Assembly (NCBI GenBank): GCA_040954595.2
Contig: CM082584.2
Coordinates: 2,759,344-2,823,343, forward strand
Source of the DNA: Balanoglossus misakiensis
Taxonomy: Eukaryota > Animalia > Hemichordata
Length of the DNA: 64,000 nucleotides
Direction: 5' to 3'
Part shown: positions 53,833-64,000 of the stretch, piece by piece
Layout: each line of letters opens with the position of its first letter
Position numbering within the stretch: the stretch's first letter is position 1
The notes under the pieces: model-generated
Seen by the model: the letters and a program-made list of their open reading frames with translations, nothing else
Told to the model about the DNA's origin: nothing
The model's database searches: none
Made by a program: the position numbers and the translations under genes

Positions 53833-54009
53833 CAGTAAAACCTGTCTGAACCGAACACTGAAGGCACTGAAGAAATTGTTCAGTTTACAGACATTTCCAG
53901 TTTGTAAAGGTTCTTTTAACATGTGATTCTATGTCGAAGGTACTGAAAAGGTGTTCAGTATAGACAGGTTTCCAGATTAGACAGGGTTTGGTTTTGACAG
54001 GTTTTACTG
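53833..54009. mobile_element. Tc1/mariner-type MITE
   Basis: TA|CAGTAAAACCTGTC ... GACAGGTTTTACTG; the right TA is not preserved. Confidence 0.7.
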
Positions 54010-56904
54010 AAGGTTGAAAATTAATTCTATGTGGCCACTTAAGATTCTTGTGCTACTCCCAACAATATGATGAAACCCACAATTGATGTATAAAATACCA
54101 TCCACTAAATATTTAAATGTCACCAAAAACATTTTACTCTAAATAAATAAATATATTCTATAAAAACATATTTTTTAGACATGTTGCATATTTACGTAAC
54201 AGTAGTAAAAAAATGTGAATGATAACATTACACATTCACGGGCTATGTTGACAAGTGAAGTATAAATGGGTATATTAGCATGCTGTTTGGAGTAGAACAA
54301 GAAATTCCCATTGATACTCAGAACAAAAATATATGTACATCAATTAAAGCCAAAAGTTACAGCTAATGTCCCGTTAAGTGCATTGTAATTCAGAAAACTT
54401 CTGGAGCAGTGAATAAATCCTACTATTCCTAGTATATCAGAAGTTTTTTTCATTTTAAAAATCAAGCTAGTTGCTTTAAAAAAAAATGAGACACTACTTT
54501 GTACAAAAGTTATGACAGCTTGCATTCACGCAGATTTGAGCCAGACATCTCAAAGCGTTAACAAAAAAACATAGAGCATACTGTTTTTGCGAAGGTAATT
54601 TAAATTGCTTGTTACGTGATAGTAGTGAAAACAATGGTGACATTGAAGTAACCGAAATGTTCTCCTATATCAAGCTTTCAGAGATAATTAACAGAGAAAT
54701 GTTTATTTCAAAAAGTGAATGTCTTATTTTTTAGCTTATACAGTCACAGTATGTAATAGAGGGACTGTGATATAGTGCACTGGTTTGGCTGTTGTTTCAC
54801 TACAGATTTTTGTGGTGGGGGTCACGGGTGGGTCTATGATGGGGGAAACCAGCATAGAACCCCCCCCCCCCTCCACCCTCCCCCTAGCTGTGTTTCCATA
54901 GAGATAATGTAGTACTAAATGTGACATTATTATATGACTCAGAAGGTCACATAGCTCTGCGTACAGGTCTGTGTGTTCCCGGCTGTATGCAGAGCTAAAG
55001 GTCACACAGAGAAACCACACGACAGAGATCTCACCATCTCAAAAAGCTGACTCTGAAAAGCATGTAAAAGAATTAAGACTGGCTTACCTGTAGGAGGACC
55101 TGTGTCACACATCTCTGCCCGCCAAGGTCTTGCCAACGACCCTGGCGATGTCTGTCATCTAGTCTTGCTCCAAGCGATGCTAATCACACTGGCGGCGCGT
55201 TGTACTGTTCCTTTCCTTTATCTACAGGCACAGCGACTGCCGTAAAGCCAAGTCATCACCGGACTCATCATATCTGATATACTTCCCTGGCCGGTCGGGG
55301 CAACACCGACGTCACGATAAAACGTCGTAGGTCCCGTGGCAACACCGTAGCTACACCCTAATGAGAGAGAATATCTAGTGATCTGAGTGACGGCAACTGA
55401 TCCAGGATCTCAATCACTCACCCGGCTCTGTCAGTGTCATGGCTCTCTCTCTCAACTACGGTGCGACCTGTGATGACGACCACCTCGCAAAGTTCTGCCA
55501 AGCGCCGCCGCGTCCCATGTAGAAAGGTTGCGAAACCCTTTGAAAACACTGCCAAGAATGCTCCATTATCCGAAATATGTTCTTTCACTGACGTCTCCAC
55601 TCATGAGAAATTTAAAAAAGGGGCGTAACACGCTGTTGTAAAAGATCAGCTGATTCGCGACCAAAACATTCACGATTGACCCTTGACCTAGGATAGTCCT
55701 GTACCCTCGATCCAGCGCCAGCTAAGTTGGCGTTGTTAAAATAATTATTAGGTAAACAGCCATCACTATAAGCTATAGATGTAATTCAGTAAACCAAAAT
55801 CTTTAAAAATATATGTTGTCAAGAACAATTTATAGACCAAGGCCATGGCCAGAGGTACATCCGAAAAATACCAACTGTACATGGTTATTCTTGTATAACC
55901 TTTGACCCCGATTTGTAAACAGTGCTGCATGTTTGAAGTATCGCTCTTAAAATTGAGATTCACCTGATGCAGTGGTTTTATATGAAAGCCAGTTGGGGAC
56001 ATGTACATACGCAATAAATAAAAAATTATCTCGAGATCTCGAGATAATTCCATTCGTTTTCCTGACTTTTTATTTTTTTATCTCGAGATCTCGAGATAAA
56101 TTTGTCTAAAGAGGGCGGGTGTATTGGTACGGAGACTGTCCAGAGAGGGCGGTGTATCGGTACAGAGAATATGGCGTTCTTTTACTAGCTTGACCTAGCA
56201 CCAGGACTTTTCGTCGGATTCTGCCTTACATGCTGCATCGTATCTTATCAGACTGACTGAGTGTTGGTAAGTTGAGATTTTACCTCCTTCTCATAACCGT
56301 TAGATTTGTCGTACACGTAACATGACCACACGATGCACAATTTGTACTGGTTTGTGATGTGGCAATCTATTGAGTCGCCTTGCACGTCAAGCGTCATCAT
56401 GATCATGCCAAACACGATCGACGCGACGTTGACAATGTGCTGCATGCAATAGGTTGACTGAGACGTTCTTGTCAGTATCTCGTACTCAACTTAACTTGCT
56501 TGATTTTTGATTCATGATGTAACATATGCCATCAATATATATATATATATATATATATGCCATCACAACTTGAGGCTAACTCTGGCCTTATGCCGCGCTG
56601 TTTGAAACATATATCATACATGATTCAACTTGTGTGTGGGGCGGATAGTTACATCGCCTAGGATCAAGTTGCCATAACTGGATTCTTCCAATAAATAAAT
56701 GCACTTTAACTTGATCTTGAATATTAAACAATGCAATGTTAACATCAGTACAGCTGCTGTGATTTATTTTACTTTGCTTCAGTCTGTGATTATGACACAG
56801 ACAAATGTGAGTGTGTATGGTGACCTCAGTACATCCAAGGTCAAACGTCAACAACTCTTCAGTTGATATGAAAGTTTCAAACAAAAAAATTAAAGCAAAA
56901 TAGG

Positions 56905-56953
<49 letters not shown>

Positions 56954-57044
56954 TGAGTGTGTATGTGTCTGTCTATGTCTGTCTCTATGTATTAATGAGT
57001 GTGTGTGTAATGTTTGTGCACATTGATTGACTTGATTTAATATT

Positions 57045-57357
57045 TAAGCAATAAAACACCCCCAGCCATGGTATACCACGAGATTTTGACCAGTTCACGA
57101 CATATACGCACGAGCGATAGCGAGTGCGTATATGGAGTTGAACTGGTCAAAATCGAGTGGTATACCATGGCTGGGGTGTTTTATTGCTATTATATTATGC
57201 CAGTATATTGAAACTTTGCATTAAACATTTTAAAAAGGCATTTTCTTTGACTATGATATATGACTGTGGTATATGGCTAATATATCACGGTCACGTGTCG
57301 TGTCTCGACCAATCAAATAGCGTGATTTACACCATCAATATACTGGTATAATATAAT
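57045..57357. mobile_element. Unclassified palindromic non-autonomous element (Crypton-like hairpin architecture)
   Basis: ~145-bp palindrome centred on GCACGAGCGATAGCGAGTGC, followed by a second inverted pair TATATTATGCCAGTATATTG / CAATATACTGGTATAATATA. Confidence 0.6.
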
Positions 57358-57454
57358 GAAGATTTAAGCACCGATGGCATTTATTACAAAGAGTTATATT
57401 ATTATCAATAGAGTCCAAGTTGAAGTCTTAATCACTCCCTAAATTATTTTAAAT

Positions 57455-57565
57455 TGTATGTATGTATGTATGTATGTATGTATGTATGTATGTATGTATG
57501 TATGTATGTATGCATGTATGTATGTATGTATGTATGTATGTATGTATGTATGTATGTATGTATGT
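57455..57565. repeat. (TGTA)n microsatellite; a (TG)n tract also lies at ~56908-56951
   Basis: Directly visible. Confidence 0.95.
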
Positions 57566-57827
57566 TGACAATTGAGAAGTTTCCTCATCAAAAATTCTGA
57601 ACAAAATTCTTGCTTCACTGTAATTTTTGGTGAAATATCAACTTTATTCAAGGTGAGAAAGTAGATAGTTTTTCCTTCTGAGATAATATTCTCAAATTTC
57701 CCAAACTGTTCATAAAAATCAAGTTGATGCATTATTTCATGCTTGTCTTTAGGTACATCAGTTTTGATTTAACTGTTGTTGATTTTCCTTACAGAAAAAT
57801 ATTACTTAAGCAAACAGATCAGACAAA

Positions 57828-60301
57828 ATGGCAGAAAAACTATATGAATTTCTTAGACGACGCAGAGTGCCTGAAGAGGAAATTGACAGACTTGAACAGG
57901 AAAAGGTAAATTTTTTATTAGTTCTTGTTGCATATATGTAAATATGGCTAAATGAGCTTTAAGGCTAGTAGGTGGAAAAATATTCATTGACAGTCTTTCC
58001 ATCTTTGTTTGTTTGTTTGTTTGTTTGTATGTATGTACCCGTATGTATGTATGTATGTATGTATGTATGTATTTAGCGAGACCCCCCGCACCCTCTGCCC
58101 ATATGCATGCACTAAGATTCCATGTGCTTTAAATTGATTTTCAGATTGATCCATCGGTGATCCTCTTAATGGATGATGAGATGTTATCTAAGTATTTGAC
58201 ATCTTATGGGGACAGAGTTGCTGCTGTGGACTTCTCTCGCAGATTATTTTGTACTGTTCCAGACAGAGAGAGCAGGAAGTCAGAACTACTGAAAAAAATA
58301 AGACAAAAATTTAGCCTTCGAAATGGAAAGCAGAATAGTGTATCAGATGACAAGGGAGAATCAAGTAAAGGTAATCGTGGACAAGCCTCAACTAGACCAA
58401 GACCATTTGGTAATACACATGCAGCAAAAATAAAGCGGAAAATTGAAATAGGATGGCTTGATTTTGATTTCATTGAAAAAGAATACAAGCAAGTTCGAGC
58501 CAGAAAAGGTGGTGGAACAAGGTGTATATCAGTAAGTAAGTCGAGCACGAAAGCTGATCTCCTGACTACAGGAAAAGATTTGTTTTTCCCCAACGGCGTA
58601 TCACAGCGAGGAGACATGGACAGTTATGACGTTGACATAAGAGATTCAGGAGAAAGAACAATTGATGAAACAAGCACCGTTGGCGAATTGTATGAAGTAA
58701 CTGGATTTAGAATGCTCCGCTTCTACATTATGACAAAGAGAAAAGACTGTGAACAGGTAGTGAAACCTAAAAAGAAGAGCAGACAAACAAGTAAGCAGTC
58801 ACAATTAGAATCAGTGTCATTGTCAGATGACAGCAGTGATGCTGATCTACCTGATCCAGGACTTGATAGGCATGTGCCAGTTCCACCGGCAAAGACGAGA
58901 CAAGCAAGCAAGGGACAGTCACAAGCTCTTCCACAGGAATCTATTGATATGTTGTCTGATGAGAGCAATGATGCAGGTGTACCAAGTGCAGGAAACCACA
59001 ATAAGCATATCCTAGATACAGTTCACCATGATCATGGTATGCCCAGTTGTAGCAGATTCCAGTCTGAACCCATCCCTGACGTAGGTTCTGAAGTCACATT
59101 AGAGACAGTCGATTCTGATGCAGAACCACTGGTGATTAGTGATAATGATTCAAACATTGTTCAGTTTGGATCACGGGGTTCCAATAGTAACTCAGCAGAA
59201 AGCCTTGATTCTACATTGCCGTTCTTTGAAAATGATGAACCTGTTAGCCAATCCCAGCCCCAAGACACTACCAGTCATATCAGTGAAGATCAAGACCCAG
59301 TGGAGACTAGAACACTTGTAATACACAGGAGTGATGTTTTGAATGACATGATTTCAGAATTCTCAGATCCAAAGATTATGGCATGTCCTATCAATGTGGC
59401 CATGGTTATGCCAGGAGGTAATATTGAGCGTGGTAGTGGTAGTGGAGTTGTGAGAGACTGTTTTACAAGTTTTTGGTCCGAGTTCTATGAATGTTGCACA
59501 GTTGGAAAGAATTGCCGGGTGCCATTCATTAGGCATGATTACCCAAGAGAAAAATGGGAAGCTGTAGCAAGAATAATCATGAAGGGTTGGAAGGAAATGG
59601 ATTACTTCCCTATTGAGTTTGCAAAGCCATTCATGGAAGAAGTAATGTTTGGAGACCAGAAGTGTGAAGAGGCAAGTCTACTTCAAGTGTATTATCACTT
59701 CCTGTCTGAATCGGACCGTGAAGTATTTGAAGCTGCAATGAAGAACTTCCAAGAAGTAGAAGAAGATGAGTTAATTGAAGTGTTAGACCGACATGACTGT
59801 AAAAGACTGCCAACCAAAGAAAACATTGGATCCATTCTGCACGAAATAGCGCATAAAGAGATAGTACAAGAGCCAATGTTTGTCATTGATAGTTGGCGAC
59901 CAATCTTACAGCCATTAGGCAAACAAATTGGCAAAGAGAACTTGGATAGACTGTATAATGACAAGAAACCAACAACAAAGAAAGTCCTACAACATCTTCA
60001 AATCGCCGAATGCTTGAATAATGATGAGAGGGCTGTTGCTAATCACTTAAAACGATACATCCGTGAACTTGAACAAAGTACTCTAAAGAAGTTCCTGAGA
60101 TATTGCACTGGTTGTGACATAATGACAGCAGAGCCGATTCAAGTGTCATTTGTTAAACTTGATGGTTTACAACGTCGTCCAGTTGCTCACACATGTGGCA
60201 ATGTGCTTGAACTGCCATTGTCATATGCCAACTTCGTAGAATTCAGAAGTGAGTTCAATGCAGTTTTGAACAGTGGTTTTTGGGACATGGATATTATTTG
60301 A
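57828..60301 (+). CDS. SAM-like + HECT-domain E3 ubiquitin ligase (G2E3-like HECT), 744 aa. Exons 57828-57905 and 58145-60301
   Basis: Phase-0 GT-AG intron. N-terminal LYEFLRRRRVPEEEIDRLEQEKIDPSVILLMDDEMLSKYLTSYGDR is SAM-like. HECT motifs: GSGSGVVRDCFTSFWSEF, FLRYCTG and RPVAHTCGNVLELPLSY with the catalytic-position Cys. Confidence 0.88.
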
Positions 60302-60685
60302 GACCATTGATATTGTTTCCATTGGTAGAACAGCAATGGTGAGTTATTACATGAATTAAAGGGACAATATTGTTGTGTTTGGCTTACATTGATAGAAAGA
60401 ATACAGGGAATACTTGTGTAAAGTCACTTGGTATGCAAAGTAATGATTATGTCAATGATGAACCTGACGTGTCAGAAGTCACCTCTTTGCTGCATGGAAG
60501 AGGTGAATTTATGTGGATTCATTAAGGGATGCGCCTGTAACTTTGCACTATTTTCAGTGTTTTCTTTAAATGTTCATACAGTTGCCATTTACTGTCATAT
60601 TTCCTACAAATTGTTTTATCATTGATTACGTTAAAAGTTTACACATATTATCTAATATATGGAGAAGCTAAATACTTGATGTGTT

Positions 60686-60867
60686 ATTGCAGCCTGTTGT
60701 GGGGAGTTATTCAGTTACTTATTCAGCCTGTTGTGGGGAGTTATTCAGTTACTTATTCAGCCTGTTGTGGGGAGTTATTCAGTTACTTATTCAGCCTGTT
60801 GTGGGGAGTTATTCAGTTACTTATTCAGCCTGTTGTGGGGAGTTATTCAGTTACTTATTCAGTTACT
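60686..60867. repeat. 34-bp minisatellite (about 5 copies) between the convergent genes
   Basis: Unit TTATTCAGCCTGTTGTGGGGAGTTATTCAGTTAC. Confidence 0.95.
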
Positions 60868-61386
60868 ATGTGACACAGTGTGTGACATAATGGTTAAAGC
60901 ACAGGATGACCAGGCTTGGTTATTGGTGTAGATATAATGTAAACAAACAACTAGGAGTAGTCTCTGTTCCACTCTACCAAAGAAGATCAGTGCTTTACTT
61001 GTCACTTATCGTCTGTATACTTAGTTTCTTTATTAACATGTTTGTTTGTTTGTTTACATATTTACATCTACAACCAAGCCTGGGCATCATGTGGTTTTAA
61101 GGTGCAAACAGTTGAGTCACAAAGTTGTTGTATTTCAGCTTTTATTTGCGGTGACAGTATTATACTTTACAGAATTAGATCTAACATTAACACAAAGTCT
61201 GTGCCATAGTTTCATATTACTTCAGTGTTGAAGATGAACAATATTGTCATTATGTTCTGAAAGTTAATAAAACTTTGTTGTGTTGACAAATATCTTGCTT
61301 TAATTCATCCAGTTCCTTGCATGGAAGTGACATTGTTGTTGTTGTTTGGGTGATGTATAATAATTTCCTTTTACAGTAAGGTCTTG

Positions 61387-63354
61387 CTAGTCAGATAAGG
61401 ATTCATATTTTATAGAATTTCGGAGATTCACGTACAATTCCACAGCAGAATATGGGTCAGAAGGTAAATGCATATTGTTGTCGACCATGTATGAGACACA
61501 GTACTCGAATAAATCTTCATCACAGGGGCACGCTCCTTTGAACACACATTCCTCTCGGCATGTGTTAATCTGTTCCTGAGAAACAGTTGATCCGAAATCA
61601 TGACTTCCATACATCTCCGGGACAAAGAACATCATGTGAGGTCGCCCGATGGGAGAGACTGCGTTACGTGAACGACTGATCCTGTGACAATTCCATTCCA
61701 TTACAGCATCATCTAGTTCATCCTGAATTATAAAATGACAGGCACAAAATGTATGAGGAAGTTCAATGTTAGCAGTTTAATACATGCATCAGTTAAACAT
61801 AGTCCCTAGGTACTATAGGATATCTAAAAGATACATACATGGTGACACCTCATCTACATGAACTCTTCAGACGGGAAGGTACACCTAAAATTAATTTATT
61901 GTAGTGAAATATAACCAAACAAACGGAATATAATTACAAATATTATAATTATAACAATTTACATATATTAGATTATCAATTGGTGTATAGACGGGTTTAC
62001 CAGCTGGCGTGTAATTTATGATGAGGCTTATCACACCAACAGTATTCGATCCGAGATTAATAGTAAGGTATTTATCGAAGGAGTGGAAAGTCTAAAATGT
62101 TGTCCAACATATGCATGCAGGATAGAGGTGCATAAAATGGACAATTGGAATAAGTAGACAAGGACAGTCTTAAATCACACACACAATGCATTGCAGGTTG
62201 TGATTTTTGTTCATCATGATACATATCAACACATGTACAGCACATTTTAAGCCTTTTTTACTTTGTATTTGAAGGTTTAAACCAAAATATGTGAGCAGTC
62301 CTTTCTTTTCAATACATAAAAACGTTCTTTTTTATACTCCTCCCATTTGGAAGAGCGTAGGGTTATTGTTAGTCAGTTTATACATGGGACTTCTTATATT
62401 TTATTGTATTGTACGTTTTCACTATATAATATCAATCCTAGCAATATTTTCTGTATAAGTATTTAAAGTATATACAGTATAAGTGATAGTGTAACAGATT
62501 GAGGAAAGACAATTATTTTTTAAGTCCCAAATTCTTCTTCTTACCTGTATCATTTTCAGGAAGCAAAATCTGACCAGATCTTTATCAAGATAATCACCAC
62601 TGAAGACTCCATCATCCTTTAGTTTGTAGAAAAGATCCAACCAAAACTGTCCACAGTGTTGGCGAAATGTACCCCACCATCGTTCTATGCGTTGGTTGAG
62701 TTGACTGCTGCCATAATAAAAGCAGTTGTCATCATTTGTTAGAAACTTCTGGAACTGTTCAACATGTCCATTTTCTGTGCCTCTATCCGCTCGCATGTTT
62801 TGGGGGCAAGATTTCAGACTTTCAACTTCTTTGATGAAGTACCCTGCTATAATCTTCGGATCACTGTTGGTGTGATAAGCTTGAGCCCAAATTACACGCC
62901 TGGAAAACCCGTCTATACACCCATTGATTGCTATTCCGTAAGGGGAAAGTTTGTCATACGAATCTAGGTGCCACATATAGTTCGGCCCAGGAGACCCATA
63001 CTGGCGACGGCGTAGACGACGTCTCTTTCTTAATTCCACACCTATGGGGTCAATGATCTGGAGTAACAACCGCACACTCTCCCTGTCGATAACCAATCCT
63101 CTCTGGACACACTTTAAATGCATCCACCGATAGCCGTGGAGTCTTCCAGATTTGTCAACCTCTTCTCTCAGAAATGTTATTACCTCATTGATGTCTGAAT
63201 GGTACTTCCGTCTGAAAAGTCCGAGTTTCTTCAGTAATCTTTTAAGATGACGCATACTAATGACAACGTTATGATTGACAGCTAAAGTAGCCAGGATTTC
63301 ACTGTAGTTGAAGCCCATGTTGAAATAGATACGGATTATATCATCTCTTTCCAT
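61387..63354 (-). CDS. IS3EU-like integrase-core DDE transposase, 381 aa. Exons 63354-62545 and 61722-61387
   Basis: GTCACCATGG start and an N-terminal HTH-like region. Motifs GPNYMWHLDSYDKL, GCIDGFSR, MRADRGTEN, NQRIERWW and WNCHRI. Phase-0 GT-AG intron and no stops. Confidence 0.92.
61974..62155 (+). repeat. Diverged inverted copy of the transposase catalytic-core sequence (source ~62752-62928) inside the transposase intron
   Basis: GGTGTATAGACGGGTTT...GGCGTGTAATTT...GCTTATCACACCAACAGT...GAAAGTCT...GGATAGAGG...AAAATGGACA reproduces the minus-strand coding sequence on the plus strand. Confidence 0.88.
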
Positions 63355-63789
63355 GGTGACGTTATCTGTTCGATAGAGGAGGAATGTTAATTGTCGCATT
63401 AGATAAAAGGAATTATCGTATAATGATAATGAATAATGTATAATATTGAAACCAATTGTTTAGTAACTTTACCACTGAGTCAGTTTTCTTGCCAACTTGG
63501 AAAGTAATCTCAGGCCAAGACTTCGGTAATTTGTCCCAGTACGTATAACTAGTAATTATAAATATTACGAAGTTGAAATGTCAACTAATTACCAAGACTC
63601 ATGCACTCAGTCTGATGATACGATGCAGCATGCAGCTCTGAAACCGACGATCACTCCTACCATTGAATACACTGAGTGCTTGCTTGCCAATTCTCCGTAC
63701 CGATATCGATGCATGTCCCTCTCTGGACCGATATCGATGCATGGTCCTCTCTGGACAGTCTCCCTACCAACACACCGCCCTCTTTCGAG

Positions 63790-64000
63790 AGAATTATCTC
63801 GAGATCTCGAGATAAAAAAATAAAAAGTCGGGAAAACGAATAGCATTATCTCGAGATCTCGAGATAAAAAAATAAAAAGTCAGGAAAACGAACTTGAATT
63901 ATCTCGAGATCTCGAGATAAAAAAATAAAAAGTCGGGAAAACGAATAGCATTATCTCGAGATCTCGAGATAAAAAAATAAAAAGTCAGGAAAACGAACTT
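63790..64000. repeat. Subterminal ~52-bp repeats, each with the 22-bp perfect palindrome TTATCTCGAGATCTCGAGATAA
   Basis: Four copies here and two at the left end (~56026 and ~56078). Confidence 0.95.

Larger units (their letters stand above)
55981..64000. mobile_element. IS3EU-like DNA transposon carrying a transposase and a HECT E3 ligase gene; right terminus lies beyond the window
   Basis: Putative left end TATGAAAGCCAGTTGGGGACATG. 56024-56265 is an imperfect inverted repeat of 63600-64000. Two convergent genes lie inside. Confidence 0.82.

Noticed and set aside
60686-60867. CRISPR-like appearance of the 34-bp repeat (also the 52-, 200- and 238-bp arrays)
   Set aside because: Units are contiguous or have non-unique spacers, there are no cas genes, and the context is eukaryotic.

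Overview
AT-rich, intron-containing animal DNA. The repeat content suggests a marine invertebrate deuterostome, but that is inference. The window is a transposon nest laid over a disabled, partial MED25-like gene copy on the minus strand: five recognisable exons, with two unrelated calcium-binding EGF exons lying between them. Three large DNA transposons can be reconstructed exon by exon, and each carries extra coding capacity. (1) A 22.9 kb CMC/EnSpm element (24753-47692, about 11 kb without its inserts) has a transposase broken by nested Helentron-type elements and a divergently transcribed, intact BEN-domain gene. (2) An apparently intact 7.8 kb TTAA-flanked Kolobok element (38189-46016) has a 10-exon, 977-aa ORF fusing the DDE transposase to a DEDDh 3'-5' exonuclease; an internally deleted derivative lies at 22456-23250. 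(3) An IS3EU-like element (55981 to beyond 64000) has an intact DDE transposase and a convergent, intact 744-aa SAM-like/HECT E3 ubiquitin ligase gene, plus an antisense copy of the transposase core inside the transposase's own intron. MITEs, a LINE fragment and tandem arrays fill the rest. All protein assignments come from motif recognition by eye; no database searches were run.
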